DNA from: Spirochaetia bacterium
Lineage (GTDB): Bacteria; Spirochaetota; Spirochaetia; DSM-2461
Assembly: GCA_963668315.1 (NCBI GenBank)
Contig: OY764216.1
Span: 2,528,001-2,592,000 of the forward strand
Length of the DNA: 64,000 bases
Direction of reading: 5' to 3'
Position 1 is the first letter of the stretch. The number at the start of each line of letters is the position of its first letter. Shown here in pieces: positions 20,345-30,802 of the stretch. A program made the position numbers and the translations under genes. The notes under the pieces were generated by a model. It was given only the letters and a program-made list of their open reading frames with translations. It was not told the origin of the DNA and did no database searches.

Positions 20345-21849
20345 AAACCGGATTGTCGGATATGATACCCCGCGACATAGTCACGGAGCTGGATAAATAT
20401 ATCATCGGCCAGACCAAAGCCAAGAAGGCGGTGGCCATCGCCCTGAGAAACCGGATTCGCCGTTCCAAACTCTCCGAGGAGATCCGCGACGAGGTGGCTC
20501 CCCGGAACATCATCATGATCGGCCCCACCGGCGTGGGAAAAACCGAGATCGCCCGAAGGCTCGCCAAGCTGGCGGGCGCCCCCTTTCTGAAGGTGGAAGC
20601 CACCAAGTTCACCGAAGTGGGCTACGTGGGCCGCGATGTGGAATCCATGGTACGGGACCTCATGTCATCGGCCATCAGCATGGTCAAAAGCGAGATGCGC
20701 GGCGATGTGGAGCCGGCGGCCCGTGAAGCGGCGGAAGAGGAGCTTCTGGACCTGCTTCTTCCCGGTTCGGGGAAGAGAAAGGCCGAGAAGCGCCATGCCG
20801 GTCAGGGCGGTTTTCCCGGCATTCAGATCGGAGCGATCACCCTGGGGCCCAACGGCATCCAGAGCGCCGGAACCACTCCTCCCATAGGCTTCAGCCAGGA
20901 AGAGGAAAAAAGGGAAGAGCTTCCCCCTCCCGAGGATGAGGAGAAAGCCTCCCGCAAGGCCCATCTGCGCGAAACTTTCCGGGAAAAACTCCGTGCCGGA
21001 GAACTGGAAGACAAGATGATCGAAATCACCGTTTCCAAACAGAGCGGGGGAACCTTGAATATGTTCGCCGGAGCGGGCGGTATGGAAAGTATGGATATCA
21101 ATATGGACGCCCTCTCTTCCCTGTTCGGCGGAGGCGGCGGAAAGAAAAAAAAGAAGGTGACCGTCAGGGAAGCCCGTGAACTGCTTCTGGCCGAACACAT
21201 CGACCGGATGATCGATACGGAAAGCGCCGTGGATCAGGCACGGGATCTGGTTCAGAATATGGGAATCATCTTCATAGACGAGATGGACAAGATCGCCAGC
21301 CGGGAGGGAGCGTCCCGGGGAGGACAGGATGTGTCGCGCGAAGGTGTTCAAAGGGACATCCTGCCCATCGTGGAGGGAAGCACTGTCAATACCCGCTACG
21401 GCATGATCGATACGTCTCACATCCTGTTTATCGCCGCCGGAGCCTTCAATCTGGCCAAGCCTTCCGATCTGATTCCCGAACTTCAGGGCCGTTTTCCCCT
21501 GCGGGTGGAGCTGGAGGACCTGGATGCGGACGCTTTCGAGCAGATCCTGACCTCGCCCAGGAACGCCCTGACCAAGCAGTATGCCGCCCTGATGAAGACC
21601 GAGGATGTGGAGCTGGTTTTCACCGATGCGGCCATAAGGCGCATGGCCGAGCTGGCGGCCGAAGTGAACCGGAAGGCGGAGAATATCGGCGCCCGCCGGC
21701 TCCACACGATCATGGAGCTTCTGGTGGAGGATATCTCCTTTGACGCCGCCGATTACGCCGGGCAGAGAGTGGAAATCACTCCCGAGATGGTGAATGAGAA
21801 ACTGGCCGATGTGGTGGAGGACCAGGATCTGAGCCGTTATATTCTGTAA
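20341..21849 (+). CDS. hslU: ATP-dependent protease ATPase subunit HslU (ClpY)
   Basis: [42 protein letters not shown]-terminal DLSRYIL. Confidence 0.97.
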   Translation: MKTGLSDMIPRDIVTELDKYIIGQTKAKKAVAIALRNRIRRSKLSEEIRDEVAPRNIIMIGPTGVGKTEIARRLAKLAGAPFLKVEATKFTEVGYVGRDVESMVRDLMSSAISMVKSEMRGDVEPAAREAAEEELLDLLLPGSGKRKAEKRHAGQGGFPGIQIGAITLGPNGIQSAGTTPPIGFSQEEEKREELPPPEDEEKASRKAHLRETFREKLRAGELEDKMIEITVSKQSGGTLNMFAGAGGMESMDINMDALSSLFGGGGGKKKKKVTVREARELLLAEHIDRMIDTESAVDQARDLVQNMGIIFIDEMDKIASREGASRGGQDVSREGVQRDILPIVEGSTVNTRYGMIDTSHILFIAAGAFNLAKPSDLIPELQGRFPLRVELEDLDADAFEQILTSPRNALTKQYAALMKTEDVELVFTDAAIRRMAELAAEVNRKAENIGARRLHTIMELLVEDISFDAADYAGQRVEITPEMVNEKLADVVEDQDLSRYIL

Positions 21850-21886
21850 AAACGGAATGAAAAGTTACGGAGTGGACAGAAAACGC

Positions 21887-21913
21887 TAAGGTAAGGCTAT
21901 AAGCGGCCGATGG
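21887..21913 (+). promoter_or_regulatory. Putative sigma28 (FliA) promoter upstream of flgB
   Basis: TAAG (21887-90), 15 nt, GCCGATGG (21906-13) versus consensus TAAA-N15-GCCGATAA. Confidence 0.65.
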
Positions 21914-21949
21914 TAAAAAAAGAGGGGTAAACCCCTGCTGGAGGAAGAG

Positions 21950-22369
21950 ATGTTTGATAATTCCAGTTTTGGAAAGACAGTTGATATACTCAAACGCACC
22001 CTGGATGTGTCCAATATGCGCCAGGGCGTAATCGCCAACAATATCGCCAATGTGGAAACCCCCGACTTCAAGAGAAGCGACGTTTCCTTTGAATCGGAAC
22101 TGGGCCGGGCTCTGGCGTCTGAGGAGAACCAGGGCGGTCTCCAGGCCAAAACGTCCAGCGAGAGGCACATCAATTTCAATAAGCCCCTGGACTACCGGAA
22201 TGTGTCTCCCCGGATCAATCTGGATTATCTGACCACGGCCAAGAATAACGGCAACAATGTGGACATTGAAGTGGAAGAGATGAACGCTCTGAAGAACCAG
22301 ATGCGTTACGAGCTGGTCATGGAGACGGTCAAGCACGAGTTCAACATGATCGATATGGTCATCAAATAG
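21950..22369 (+). CDS. flgB: Flagellar basal-body rod protein FlgB
   Basis: RQGVIANNIANVETPDFK, NGNNVDIE. Confidence 0.96.
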   Translation: MFDNSSFGKTVDILKRTLDVSNMRQGVIANNIANVETPDFKRSDVSFESELGRALASEENQGGLQAKTSSERHINFNKPLDYRNVSPRINLDYLTTAKNNGNNVDIEVEEMNALKNQMRYELVMETVKHEFNMIDMVIK

Positions 22370-22383
22370 AGAGGTAGGTGAGT

Positions 22384-22842
22384 ATGGGACTTTTCAGCAC
22401 GATTAATACGGCGTCCACGGGACTGACGGCGGAAAGACTCCGCCTGGATGTGATCGCCGACAACATAGCCAACGCCAATACAACGAGAACCGAAGAGGGC
22501 GGCCCCTTCAGAAGGAGCCGGGTCGTTTTCAAATCGGAAACGGACAAACCCTACTGGCGCAGTCCGTTCCTGCCGGAGAGTATGGAGCAGAAAGTGGGGA
22601 CAGGGGTCAAGGTGGAGTCCATTGAGAAGGATATGGACGCCGACCTGAGGCTTGTATGGGATCCCACCCACCCGGACGCCATAAAAACCGGTCCCAAGAC
22701 GGGATACGTCGAATATCCCAATGTGACCATCGTCAACGAGATGGTGGATATGATCTCGGCGAGCCGGGCGTATGAAGCGAACGTATCACTTATGGAAGGG
22801 GCCAAGAGCATGTTTCAGAAGTCCCTGGAAATATTAAGGTAA
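22384..22842 (+). CDS. flgC: Flagellar basal-body rod protein FlgC
   Basis: NIANANTTRT, PFRR, DPTHPDA, GYVEYPNV, EMVDMISASRAYEAN; alternative GTG start at 22378. Confidence 0.96.
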   Translation: MGLFSTINTASTGLTAERLRLDVIADNIANANTTRTEEGGPFRRSRVVFKSETDKPYWRSPFLPESMEQKVGTGVKVESIEKDMDADLRLVWDPTHPDAIKTGPKTGYVEYPNVTIVNEMVDMISASRAYEANVSLMEGAKSMFQKSLEILR

Positions 22843-22858
22843 ATCAAGGAGGCCTTGA

Positions 22859-23188
22859 ATGGACGTCAAGAATGTAGCCGCCATGGGAGATCAGGTGGTT
22901 CTGAAGAGAACAAGCACCCGTCATTTCAATTCGGAAGGTGTCACGGGGGATCCGGTAAACGCGGGCAAAAGCAGTTTTTCCGATCTGCTGATTTCCCGGC
23001 TGGACAGGGTCAACGAAGGGCAGACCCATGTGAACGAACTCTATGAGGCCATGATCACCGATCCCGATTCGGTCTCCTCCGACCAGGTGACCATCGCCAT
23101 GGCGGAAGCGGAGATGGCCCTGGGACTGACAAAGGCCGTAGTGGATAAAGCGGTTTCCGCCTATAAGGAAATCATAAATCTTAGATAG
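22859..23188 (+). CDS. fliE: Flagellar hook-basal body protein FliE
   Basis: SFSDLL, VTIAMAEAEMAL, KAVSAYKEII. Confidence 0.93.
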   Translation: MDVKNVAAMGDQVVLKRTSTRHFNSEGVTGDPVNAGKSSFSDLLISRLDRVNEGQTHVNELYEAMITDPDSVSSDQVTIAMAEAEMALGLTKAVVDKAVSAYKEIINLR

Positions 23189-23263
23189 AAAACGATAGGG
23201 GCCGACAGGATTGTTTAATCACGGCGGCCCTGAGGAAACTATCCGTTCCTTGGGAGGGGTAAA

Positions 23264-24967
23264 ATGGAATGGTTTACGAAAATGTGGGAAGCCGTTAAGG
23301 CGGCCTGGGGGAAATGGAGTCTTATCCAGAAGCTCATACTGGGCGCGATCGTCGCGGCTGTCATTGTGGGCGTCGTCCTCCTGGTGGGAGTCTCTTCTTC
23401 CCCGAGCATGGTGCCGCTTCTGACATCGGCTATCACCGATCAGGATCAGATATCCAGGATCACCAACAGGCTTGACGAGGAAAACGTGTCCAACCGGGTA
23501 TCGGGGGGCATCATCTATGTGGACAACGATAACGTGGCACGCCAGATGAGAGCCGTGCTGGTGCGGGAAGATCTTATTCCCCAGGATACCGATCCCTGGG
23601 CCATCATGGATATGGAGAGGTGGACCCTGACCGATTTCGAAAGGGACGTCAATCTCCAGAGGGCCATAACCGAGAGCCTCGAGCAGCATCTGGAAGCCCT
23701 GGACGATATCGATTCGGCCGATGTGAATCTGGTCATTCCCGGGGAATCCCTTTTCGCCAGCGAACAGAATCCCACCACCGCCAGCGTCATCATCACCCCC
23801 AAGCCGGGCAGCGACATAACCGAGAACCGCACGAAGATCGAAGGAATCGTCAAGCTTATCCAGTTCGCGGTGGAAGGCCTGAATGCCGAGAATATCGTGG
23901 TTTCCGATCTGACCGGCCGCCATCTCAACGACTTCGAGGGCCTCGAGAAAGTGGACCGCCTGGAAATCACCGAGAGGATGCTCAAGCAGAAAACCGCTCT
24001 GGAAGCCCGCTATATGAGTCAGATTCTCAGAGAGCTCCAGGGCATCTTCACCAGTAAGAGAATCCGCATCGTCAATATGGATATCGATCTGGAATTCATA
24101 GACAAAGAGGTGGAGACGGAGGAGCATTTCCCCATAGAAATGACCCCGGAAGATCCTTCCACCCCCTACTCGGACCGGGTCGTTGTTCCCACCTTTACCG
24201 AGAGCCAGCAGACGGTCAGCGAGAATTTCCAGGGTACCGGTTTCAATCCCGAGGGTCCTCCGGGACAGGAAGGGCAGACCCCTCCCCAGTACGAAGACCT
24301 GACCAATCTGGTGGGAAATTACTCCAAGGAAGACAACATTACCAACTATGTCTATAACACCCAGACCAGCAAGGAGGAGATGGCTCCCTACAAAATAGCC
24401 CGCGTTTCCGTCGCCGTGGCCATTGACGGTGTCTGGACATTGGAAAGGGACAACAAAGGGGAGTATATTTTCGATGAAGGAACGCTGAGGCGGACGTACG
24501 AGCCCGTTTCCGACGAACTTCTGGGGAAAGCCCTCCGCCTGGTTCAGCATGCCGTGGGATACGATGCCAACAGGGGCGATACGGTGACGGTTGAACATAT
24601 TCCCTTTGACCGGAGCGAGGAGTTCAAGCAGCAGGATGAGGATTATCTGAGGCAGAAGCAGATACAGAGGCTGCTCCTCTATTCAATCGTCGCCCTTCTG
24701 GGTATTATCATCTTCTTCATCGCTTTCCGCCTGATCTCGAAGGAGATGGAGAGAAGACGGCGCCAGAGAGAGGAAGAGCTGGCCAGACAGCATCAGGCCA
24801 TGCGCGAGCAGGCTCTCCGGAATGCCGAGGAAGAGGGAATCGAAGTGGAGATGTCCGTACAGGAACGGGCCCGCCTGGAGCTTCAGGAGAATGCCATGAA
24901 CATGGCCAGAGAGCATCCTGAAGACGTGGCCAAGCTAATCAGGACCTGGCTGGCGGAGGAGAATTAG
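23264..24967 (+). CDS. fliF: Flagellar MS-ring protein FliF
   Basis: Two TM segments, PTTASVII, AVEGL..ENIVVSD, GYDANRGDTV, C-terminal PEDVAKLIRTWL. Confidence 0.95.
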   Translation: MEWFTKMWEAVKAAWGKWSLIQKLILGAIVAAVIVGVVLLVGVSSSPSMVPLLTSAITDQDQISRITNRLDEENVSNRVSGGIIYVDNDNVARQMRAVLVREDLIPQDTDPWAIMDMERWTLTDFERDVNLQRAITESLEQHLEALDDIDSADVNLVIPGESLFASEQNPTTASVIITPKPGSDITENRTKIEGIVKLIQFAVEGLNAENIVVSDLTGRHLNDFEGLEKVDRLEITERMLKQKTALEARYMSQILRELQGIFTSKRIRIVNMDIDLEFIDKEVETEEHFPIEMTPEDPSTPYSDRVVVPTFTESQQTVSENFQGTGFNPEGPPGQEGQTPPQYEDLTNLVGNYSKEDNITNYVYNTQTSKEEMAPYKIARVSVAVAIDGVWTLERDNKGEYIFDEGTLRRTYEPVSDELLGKALRLVQHAVGYDANRGDTVTVEHIPFDRSEEFKQQDEDYLRQKQIQRLLLYSIVALLGIIIFFIAFRLISKEMERRRRQREEELARQHQAMREQALRNAEEEGIEVEMSVQERARLELQENAMNMAREHPEDVAKLIRTWLAEEN

Positions 24968-24968
24968 A

Positions 24969-26009
24969 ATGGCATCGAGCAACGCGGGAAACGCGGGACA
25001 GAAACATAAGGAAGAACTCTCGGGCAAGCAGAAAGCCGCCGTATTCCTGGTTACCATGGGATCGGAAATCTCCGCGGAAATTTTCAAGCATCTGAACGAT
25101 TCGGAGATTGAGACCCTGACCTGGGAGATCGCCCGTCTGGAGCACATTGAGGCGGATGACAGGGATTTCGTCCTCCAGGAGTTCCAGGAGCTGATGATGG
25201 CCCAGGATTTCATCTCCTCCGGAGGTCTGGATTACGCCAGGGAACTTCTGGAGAGATCTCTCGGAAATCAGAAGGCCACGGACATCATCAACAGGCTCAC
25301 CAGTTCGCTGAAGACGAGGCCCTTCGACTTTATCAGGCGCACCGATCCCCAGCACCTGCTGAACTTTATCCAGCAGGAGCATCCCCAGACCATCGCCCTG
25401 ATTCTGGCCTATATCGAATCGGCCCAGGCCTCGGCCATCCTGAGCCAGCTGCCCCAGGACAAGCAGTCCGACGTGGCCCGTCGTATCGCCACCATGGACA
25501 GGACCAGCCCGGAAATCCTCAGGGAAGTAGAGCGGGTTCTGGACAAGAAGCTCTCCAGCCTGTCCCAGGAGGACTATACCTCAGCCGGCGGTGTGGAGAG
25601 TATCGTGGATATCATCAACCTGGTCGACAGAACAACCGAGAAGTACATTATCGAGACCCTGGAAGAGGAAGATCCCGAACTGGCCGAAGAGATCAAGAAG
25701 AGAATGTTCGTCTTCGAGGATATTGTCATGCTCGACGACCGGGCCATTCAGAGGGTGCTCCGCGAGGTGGACTCCCCCGAGCTGGCCAAGGCGCTCAAGG
25801 CGGTGGATGCGGAAGTTCAGGAAAAGATTTTCCGGAACATGTCCAAACGGGCCGCCGCGCTTTTGAAGGAAGATATGGATTACATGGGCCCCACCCGCCG
25901 GAAGGATGTGGAGGAGACCCAGCAGAAGATCGTGGCCGTTATCCGCAAGCTCGAGGAATCGGGAGATATCGTTATCGCCCGGAACGGCGAGGAAGACAGT
26001 TTTGTATAG
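24969..26009 (+). CDS. fliG: Flagellar motor switch protein FliG
   Basis: LSGKQKAA, EHPQTIALIL, MFVFEDI, NMSKRAA. Confidence 0.97.
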   Translation: MASSNAGNAGQKHKEELSGKQKAAVFLVTMGSEISAEIFKHLNDSEIETLTWEIARLEHIEADDRDFVLQEFQELMMAQDFISSGGLDYARELLERSLGNQKATDIINRLTSSLKTRPFDFIRRTDPQHLLNFIQQEHPQTIALILAYIESAQASAILSQLPQDKQSDVARRIATMDRTSPEILREVERVLDKKLSSLSQEDYTSAGGVESIVDIINLVDRTTEKYIIETLEEEDPELAEEIKKRMFVFEDIVMLDDRAIQRVLREVDSPELAKALKAVDAEVQEKIFRNMSKRAAALLKEDMDYMGPTRRKDVEETQQKIVAVIRKLEESGDIVIARNGEEDSFV

Positions 26010-26020
26010 GGAGTTGATCA

Positions 26021-26929
26021 ATGGCTAGGAACGTATTCCGCCCCACGGAAGTTATGAATATGACCCTTTCCCGCAAGGTGCGCATCGAAGCGCCCGTTTT
26101 TCATGTCGATGAGCCTGAGGATCTTCTGGAAGAGTACACCGGACCCACCGCCGACGATCTGCGGAGGGAGGCGGAAGCCTTCCGGGAGCACTGGGAGGAA
26201 GAGAAAACCCAGATGTACGCCAACGCCCGGGCCGAAGCGGAAAAAATCCGTGAGGACGCGGAGAAAAGCGCCTTCGAAGAGGTGAAAAAGAAAACCGATG
26301 CGGCACAGTCCGAAAAGCAGCAGGCCGATGCCGAAGTGGAGAGAATTCTCGAACAGGCCCGGAACGAAGCGGCCCAGCTGGTGGAAGACGCCAACCGCCG
26401 GGTCAGCCAGATCGAGGAGGATGCCCGGGGAAGGGGTTACGAAGCGGGACGCAAGGAAGGCTACCAGGAAGGGGAAGCCGAGGTGAAGCGTCTTGTGGAA
26501 AGACTTCATGTCATTCTGAACGGCGCTATTGAAAAGCGGAACGATATCATCGAAGAGGCCGAGTCCCAGCTGATCGATCTGGTGCTTCTTATCAGCCAGA
26601 AGGTGGTCAAGGTGATTTCCGATAACCAGAAGAACGTGGTTATCAATAACGTGGTTCAGGCCCTGCGCAAGCTGAAGAGCCGGGGAAATGTGGCCATCCA
26701 CGTCAATCTGGCCGACCTGGAGCTGACAACGGACAACGTGAACAATTTCATCTCCATGGTGGAGAACGTGCAGTCCATTTCGGTCCTGGAAGACACCACG
26801 GTGGACCGGGGCGGATGTGTTATCGAAACCGATTTCGGGCAGATCGATGCACGCGTTTCCAGTCAGCTTAAGGAGATTGAGGAATCCATTCTGGAACTGG
26901 CTCCCATCCGGGTCAAGGGAGAGAATTAG
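26021..26929 (+). CDS. fliH: Flagellar assembly protein FliH
   Basis: GxxxG repeats (GYEAGRKEGYQEG), GGCVIETDFGQIDARV. Confidence 0.95.
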   Translation: MARNVFRPTEVMNMTLSRKVRIEAPVFHVDEPEDLLEEYTGPTADDLRREAEAFREHWEEEKTQMYANARAEAEKIREDAEKSAFEEVKKKTDAAQSEKQQADAEVERILEQARNEAAQLVEDANRRVSQIEEDARGRGYEAGRKEGYQEGEAEVKRLVERLHVILNGAIEKRNDIIEEAESQLIDLVLLISQKVVKVISDNQKNVVINNVVQALRKLKSRGNVAIHVNLADLELTTDNVNNFISMVENVQSISVLEDTTVDRGGCVIETDFGQIDARVSSQLKEIEESILELAPIRVKGEN

Positions 26930-26994
26930 GGGCGGCGCAGGTCCCGCGTCATCAGGGACAATAGGATTTTATGGCAAGTTTGGGAGGGCAAACC

Positions 26995-28347
26995 ATGATT
27001 GAGAAATATTTGAATTCGGTGGGAATGACCGAACCTATCAAATACGAGGGACACATAACCAAAGTCCAGGGCGTGCTGATCGAGAGTCTCGGTCCTCAGG
27101 CCATGGTGGGCGAGCTTTGTCATATCCATGTGGATAACAACGATACGGACATCGCCGCCGAGGTTGTTTCTCTCAAGGATCATCATGTCCAGCTCATGGT
27201 TTACGGAGAGAAAACGGGGATCGAGGTGGGGTGCAAGGTCCGGGCCACCGGCCAGCTCCTGAACGTGAAAGTCGGTCCCGAACTTCTGGGCCGGGTCATC
27301 AACGCCCTGGGCGATCCGGTCGACGGCCGGGGACCTGTCCGGGCCGAAGAAAAGTACCCCCTGAACGCCACCCCTCCCGATCCCATGACACGGCCCATGA
27401 TCCATGAGCAGCTGGAAACGGGGATACGGGTCATCGATTCCCTCGTTTCCGTGGGCAAGGGTCAGAGAATGGGGATCTTCGCCGGTTCGGGGGTGGGTAA
27501 ATCCACCGTTCTGGGGATGATAGCCCGGAACACGGCGGCCGATATCAATGTCATCGCCCTTATCGGCGAGCGGGGCAGGGAAGTGCGGGAGTTTCTTGAG
27601 AACGATCTGGGCGAAGAGGGGCTCAAACGGTCGGTCATCGTGGTATCCACCAGCGATTCTCCCGCCCTGGCCCGTATCCAGGGAGCCTTCGCCGCCACGG
27701 CCATTGCGGAATATTTCCGCGATCAGGGAAAGGACGTGATGCTCCTTTTCGATTCGGTCACCCGTTTCGCCATGGCCCAGAGAGAAGTGGGGCTGGCCAT
27801 AGGGGAACCTCCCTCCACCAGAAGCTATCCCCCCTCTGTTTTCACCCAGCTGCCCCGTCTTCTGGAAAGAACGGGAACGAGCAGCAAGGGCACCATCACG
27901 GGATTCTATACCATCCTCGTGGAAGGCGACGATATGGACGAACCCATCTCCGATGCGGTGAGGGGTATTCTGGACGGCCACCTCGTCCTCTCGCGGGCTC
28001 TGGCGAACCGGTACCACTATCCCGCCGTGGATGTTCTCTCCTCCGTCTCCCGTCTGACCAACAAGATCGTCTCTACCAAAATCCTGGAAAGCATCGGTAT
28101 CATCCGCAATCTCATGGCAGTCTACCATGAGAAGGAGGACCTGATAAGCCTGGGCGCCTATGTGAAAGGGTCGAGTCCCGAGGTGGACAAGGCCATCGCG
28201 AAGCACGATATGATCAATAATTTTCTCCGTCAGGCCATAAAGGAGAAGACCCCGCTCAAGGAAGTCTTCCGGCAGCTGGGACAGATCGCCGACAATCCCA
28301 TGAGCGAAGAGGAGCTGGAGAATGAAGTCCTTTCAATTCTCGCTTGA
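26995..28347 (+). CDS. fliI: Flagellar export ATPase FliI
   Basis: GIFAGSGVGKST, LIGERGREVREF, DSVTRFAMAQRE, RGILDGH; ATG 26995 after GGAGG. Confidence 0.97.
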   Translation: MIEKYLNSVGMTEPIKYEGHITKVQGVLIESLGPQAMVGELCHIHVDNNDTDIAAEVVSLKDHHVQLMVYGEKTGIEVGCKVRATGQLLNVKVGPELLGRVINALGDPVDGRGPVRAEEKYPLNATPPDPMTRPMIHEQLETGIRVIDSLVSVGKGQRMGIFAGSGVGKSTVLGMIARNTAADINVIALIGERGREVREFLENDLGEEGLKRSVIVVSTSDSPALARIQGAFAATAIAEYFRDQGKDVMLLFDSVTRFAMAQREVGLAIGEPPSTRSYPPSVFTQLPRLLERTGTSSKGTITGFYTILVEGDDMDEPISDAVRGILDGHLVLSRALANRYHYPAVDVLSSVSRLTNKIVSTKILESIGIIRNLMAVYHEKEDLISLGAYVKGSSPEVDKAIAKHDMINNFLRQAIKEKTPLKEVFRQLGQIADNPMSEEELENEVLSILA

Positions 28348-28756
28348 GAAAGTCCTGGAGTACCGGCGTGATATCGAAGAGGAGTGGGAAATCCAGCTGG
28401 GCCGGGTCAACGGTGAGTATAATAAGATTCTGGCCGATATCGAGGAGATTGACAGAAGCGCCCGGAGTGCCCTGGACGGTATGTCGGCGGCTCCCGGGGA
28501 AGAAACCCATGCCTGGGGACTATACCGGTGGCGCCTGGAATCGCGCAAAACCCAGCTTCTCAGCGCCCTGGCCGCCAAGGAAGTGGAGAGGACGAGAATC
28601 CGGAATAAATTCCTGGAAGCGTCCCGGGACAGGAAAATCATCAGCCGCCTGAAGGAAAAGAAATTGGAAGAGTATAAAAAGTATCTGAACAAGGAAGAAA
28701 TTAAAAGACTCGATGACTTAAGTGCCGCCAAAGCGGCGAGGGAGGCGGCAATATGA
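28322..28756 (+). CDS. fliJ: Flagellar export protein FliJ
   Basis: FQFSLEKVLEYR, LKEK..E.K.LDD; position after fliI. Confidence 0.9.
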   Translation: MKSFQFSLEKVLEYRRDIEEEWEIQLGRVNGEYNKILADIEEIDRSARSALDGMSAAPGEETHAWGLYRWRLESRKTQLLSALAAKEVERTRIRNKFLEASRDRKIISRLKEKKLEEYKKYLNKEEIKRLDDLSAAKAAREAAI

Positions 28757-29370
28757 GTCGGGCCGGCGGTATTTTCAAAGTGATTTTTCTTTTGCTTCTT
28801 TTGGCTGTCGTCGTGGTCGGCGGCATTCTCTGGTTTGATTACCTGGGTATTCTTGATTCACACAAACCCCTTGAGCTGATTCTGAATGTGATGGGCATTG
28901 AGCCGGAAGAGCCGCCCGCCGCCGAAATCGACAGTCCCTGGCTTCTTGATGAGGAGAGACTGAAGAAACGTCAGCAGGCTGTCGATCTGCAGCTCGAAGA
29001 GATCCGTATGGCCCAGGAAGAACAGCAGGTCAGGTCCAATGAGCTGCTTCAGTGGTCGGAGGAACTCACCGAAAGAGAAAAAGCTGTGGATGAAAAAGAA
29101 AATTCCCTAAATGAGGCCCTCGAAATGTACGACAATAAAAATGCGAACCTGGAGCAAATGGCTAAATATCTGGGCGGCATGCAGCCTGCTGCCGCCGTGG
29201 GTATCATGGACCAGATGGACAGTCTTGACGTTGTCGACGTATTGAGAACATCGGAAAGACTGGCTCAGGAAGCGGGAGAGGCTTCCCTGGTGGCCTTCTG
29301 GATTTCCCAGATGACGCCGGACCGGGCCGCCGAGATACAAAGGCTAATGACCAGAGACGCGGAGGAATAG
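28753..29370 (+). CDS. flbB: Periplasmic flagellar collar protein FlbB (spirochaete-specific)
   Basis: TM with WFDYLG, coiled coil, MgtE_N-like C-terminus (MQPAAAV..M; MTPDRAAEIQRLM); between fliJ and fliK. Confidence 0.88.
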   Translation: MSRAGGIFKVIFLLLLLAVVVVGGILWFDYLGILDSHKPLELILNVMGIEPEEPPAAEIDSPWLLDEERLKKRQQAVDLQLEEIRMAQEEQQVRSNELLQWSEELTEREKAVDEKENSLNEALEMYDNKNANLEQMAKYLGGMQPAAAVGIMDQMDSLDVVDVLRTSERLAQEAGEASLVAFWISQMTPDRAAEIQRLMTRDAEE

Positions 29371-29389
29371 ACTTCCTCCAGGAGGTGCT

Positions 29390-30790
29390 ATGACAGCTGT
29401 ACAAGGAATGGAGATGCTTCCCCTGAGGGAAAGCGCGCCCGATTCCTCCGTTGAAGTTAAGAAAAAGGGAGAACCCTCTCCCTTTGACAAGCTGCTGGCT
29501 AAGGATGAAGCCGACAGCCCTGAGGCCGCCTCCGCCGGCAAAGACCCTTCGGCCCGTAAAGCCGAAAGACCCGATCGGAATATCAAGCCCGCCCGGGCGG
29601 AAGAACCGGTCCAGTCCAAAAGCTATTCCCTGGGTAAAATCGCCGACCTGCTTAAGAAAGGGCAGGAAGAGGGCCTGATTGATACCCGTTCCCGACCTGA
29701 TTTTTCCCTTTTGGACAAAAAGAATGTATCCTTCGAATTCTCCCCTGAGCGACTTAACGGCCGTTTCAAGGGACTCGCTGCCGTACAGAATATATCAAAG
29801 TCATCTTCGGACGGCAGTGATGAAATGACTCTCATTTCACGGTTTCTCAAAGGGGAACTCTCCCCCGAAGAGCTGGATGAACTGGTGGCCCTGGAGGGAA
29901 AGGGAGACAGGGAAAATCTGCTCTTTTCTCTGCCCGAGGATAAGTTCGGGATAAGGGATATCCCCTCTGATGAGGACGGTAGCGGCGAGGACCAGCTTCT
30001 GAAGGGAATTCTGACCGAAGACGGCGAACTTATCTACTTTGAGGAGGTCCCCGGAGACAAGATCCTTCAGACGGAAAAGGGAAAATCGGCCCATCTGTCC
30101 AAGGGGGAAGGGAAAGCCAACCAGGTCCAGATAGAGATTAACGTCTCCGATCTGCGGACCGTCAGCGCCGAACAGGGGGCTGCCGCCGCCGCGCTCCAGG
30201 AAAAAGTTTCCCATATCAGAGAAGCCGGCAGCGGCCATGGCGATAGGGACTCGGTCGATGATCTGCTCGCGGGACCGGGGGAAAAACTGTTTTCCGCCGA
30301 AGGGGCGGGCGGCCGGTTCGAAGCTCCGGTGACGAAGGAAGTCTCCCGGCTTTTCCGCGACTATATGAATGAAACGGGCAACAAGGAACTGGTCAGGAAG
30401 ATCGATTTTATCCTCAAGAACGATAACCAGGGGGAAATCAAGCTGATTCTGAAGCCCGAGGCCCTGGGTAATGTGAGAATTAATCTTTCTTTGAACGAAA
30501 ACCATATAGCCGGGAAAATAATTGTCGACAATAGTAGTGTGAGGGATATTTTCCTCAACAATATGGACCAGCTGACATCCCTGCTTAAAAACAACGGTTA
30601 CGAAACGGCTTCCCTGGAAGTCTGGGTCGGCCAGGACGGCCGCAACGGTAATCAGCAGGAACAGGGTGAAGACCGGGAAGAGGAGAAACGCCTCCGTTCG
30701 GTCAAAGGACTGGAACGACTGGACGAGAGTGTCCCCCAGACGGCCTATGCCGAGGGATCGGACATGGGCCAGGTAAACTTGGTAATTTAG
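29390..30790 (+). CDS. fliK: Flagellar hook-length control protein FliK
   Basis: Low-conservation N-terminus; C-terminal domain GEIKLILKPEALGNVRI; precedes flgD. Confidence 0.88.
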   Translation: MTAVQGMEMLPLRESAPDSSVEVKKKGEPSPFDKLLAKDEADSPEAASAGKDPSARKAERPDRNIKPARAEEPVQSKSYSLGKIADLLKKGQEEGLIDTRSRPDFSLLDKKNVSFEFSPERLNGRFKGLAAVQNISKSSSDGSDEMTLISRFLKGELSPEELDELVALEGKGDRENLLFSLPEDKFGIRDIPSDEDGSGEDQLLKGILTEDGELIYFEEVPGDKILQTEKGKSAHLSKGEGKANQVQIEINVSDLRTVSAEQGAAAAALQEKVSHIREAGSGHGDRDSVDDLLAGPGEKLFSAEGAGGRFEAPVTKEVSRLFRDYMNETGNKELVRKIDFILKNDNQGEIKLILKPEALGNVRINLSLNENHIAGKIIVDNSSVRDIFLNNMDQLTSLLKNNGYETASLEVWVGQDGRNGNQQEQGEDREEEKRLRSVKGLERLDESVPQTAYAEGSDMGQVNLVI

Positions 30791-30802
30791 GAGAGAAGCG
30801 GT

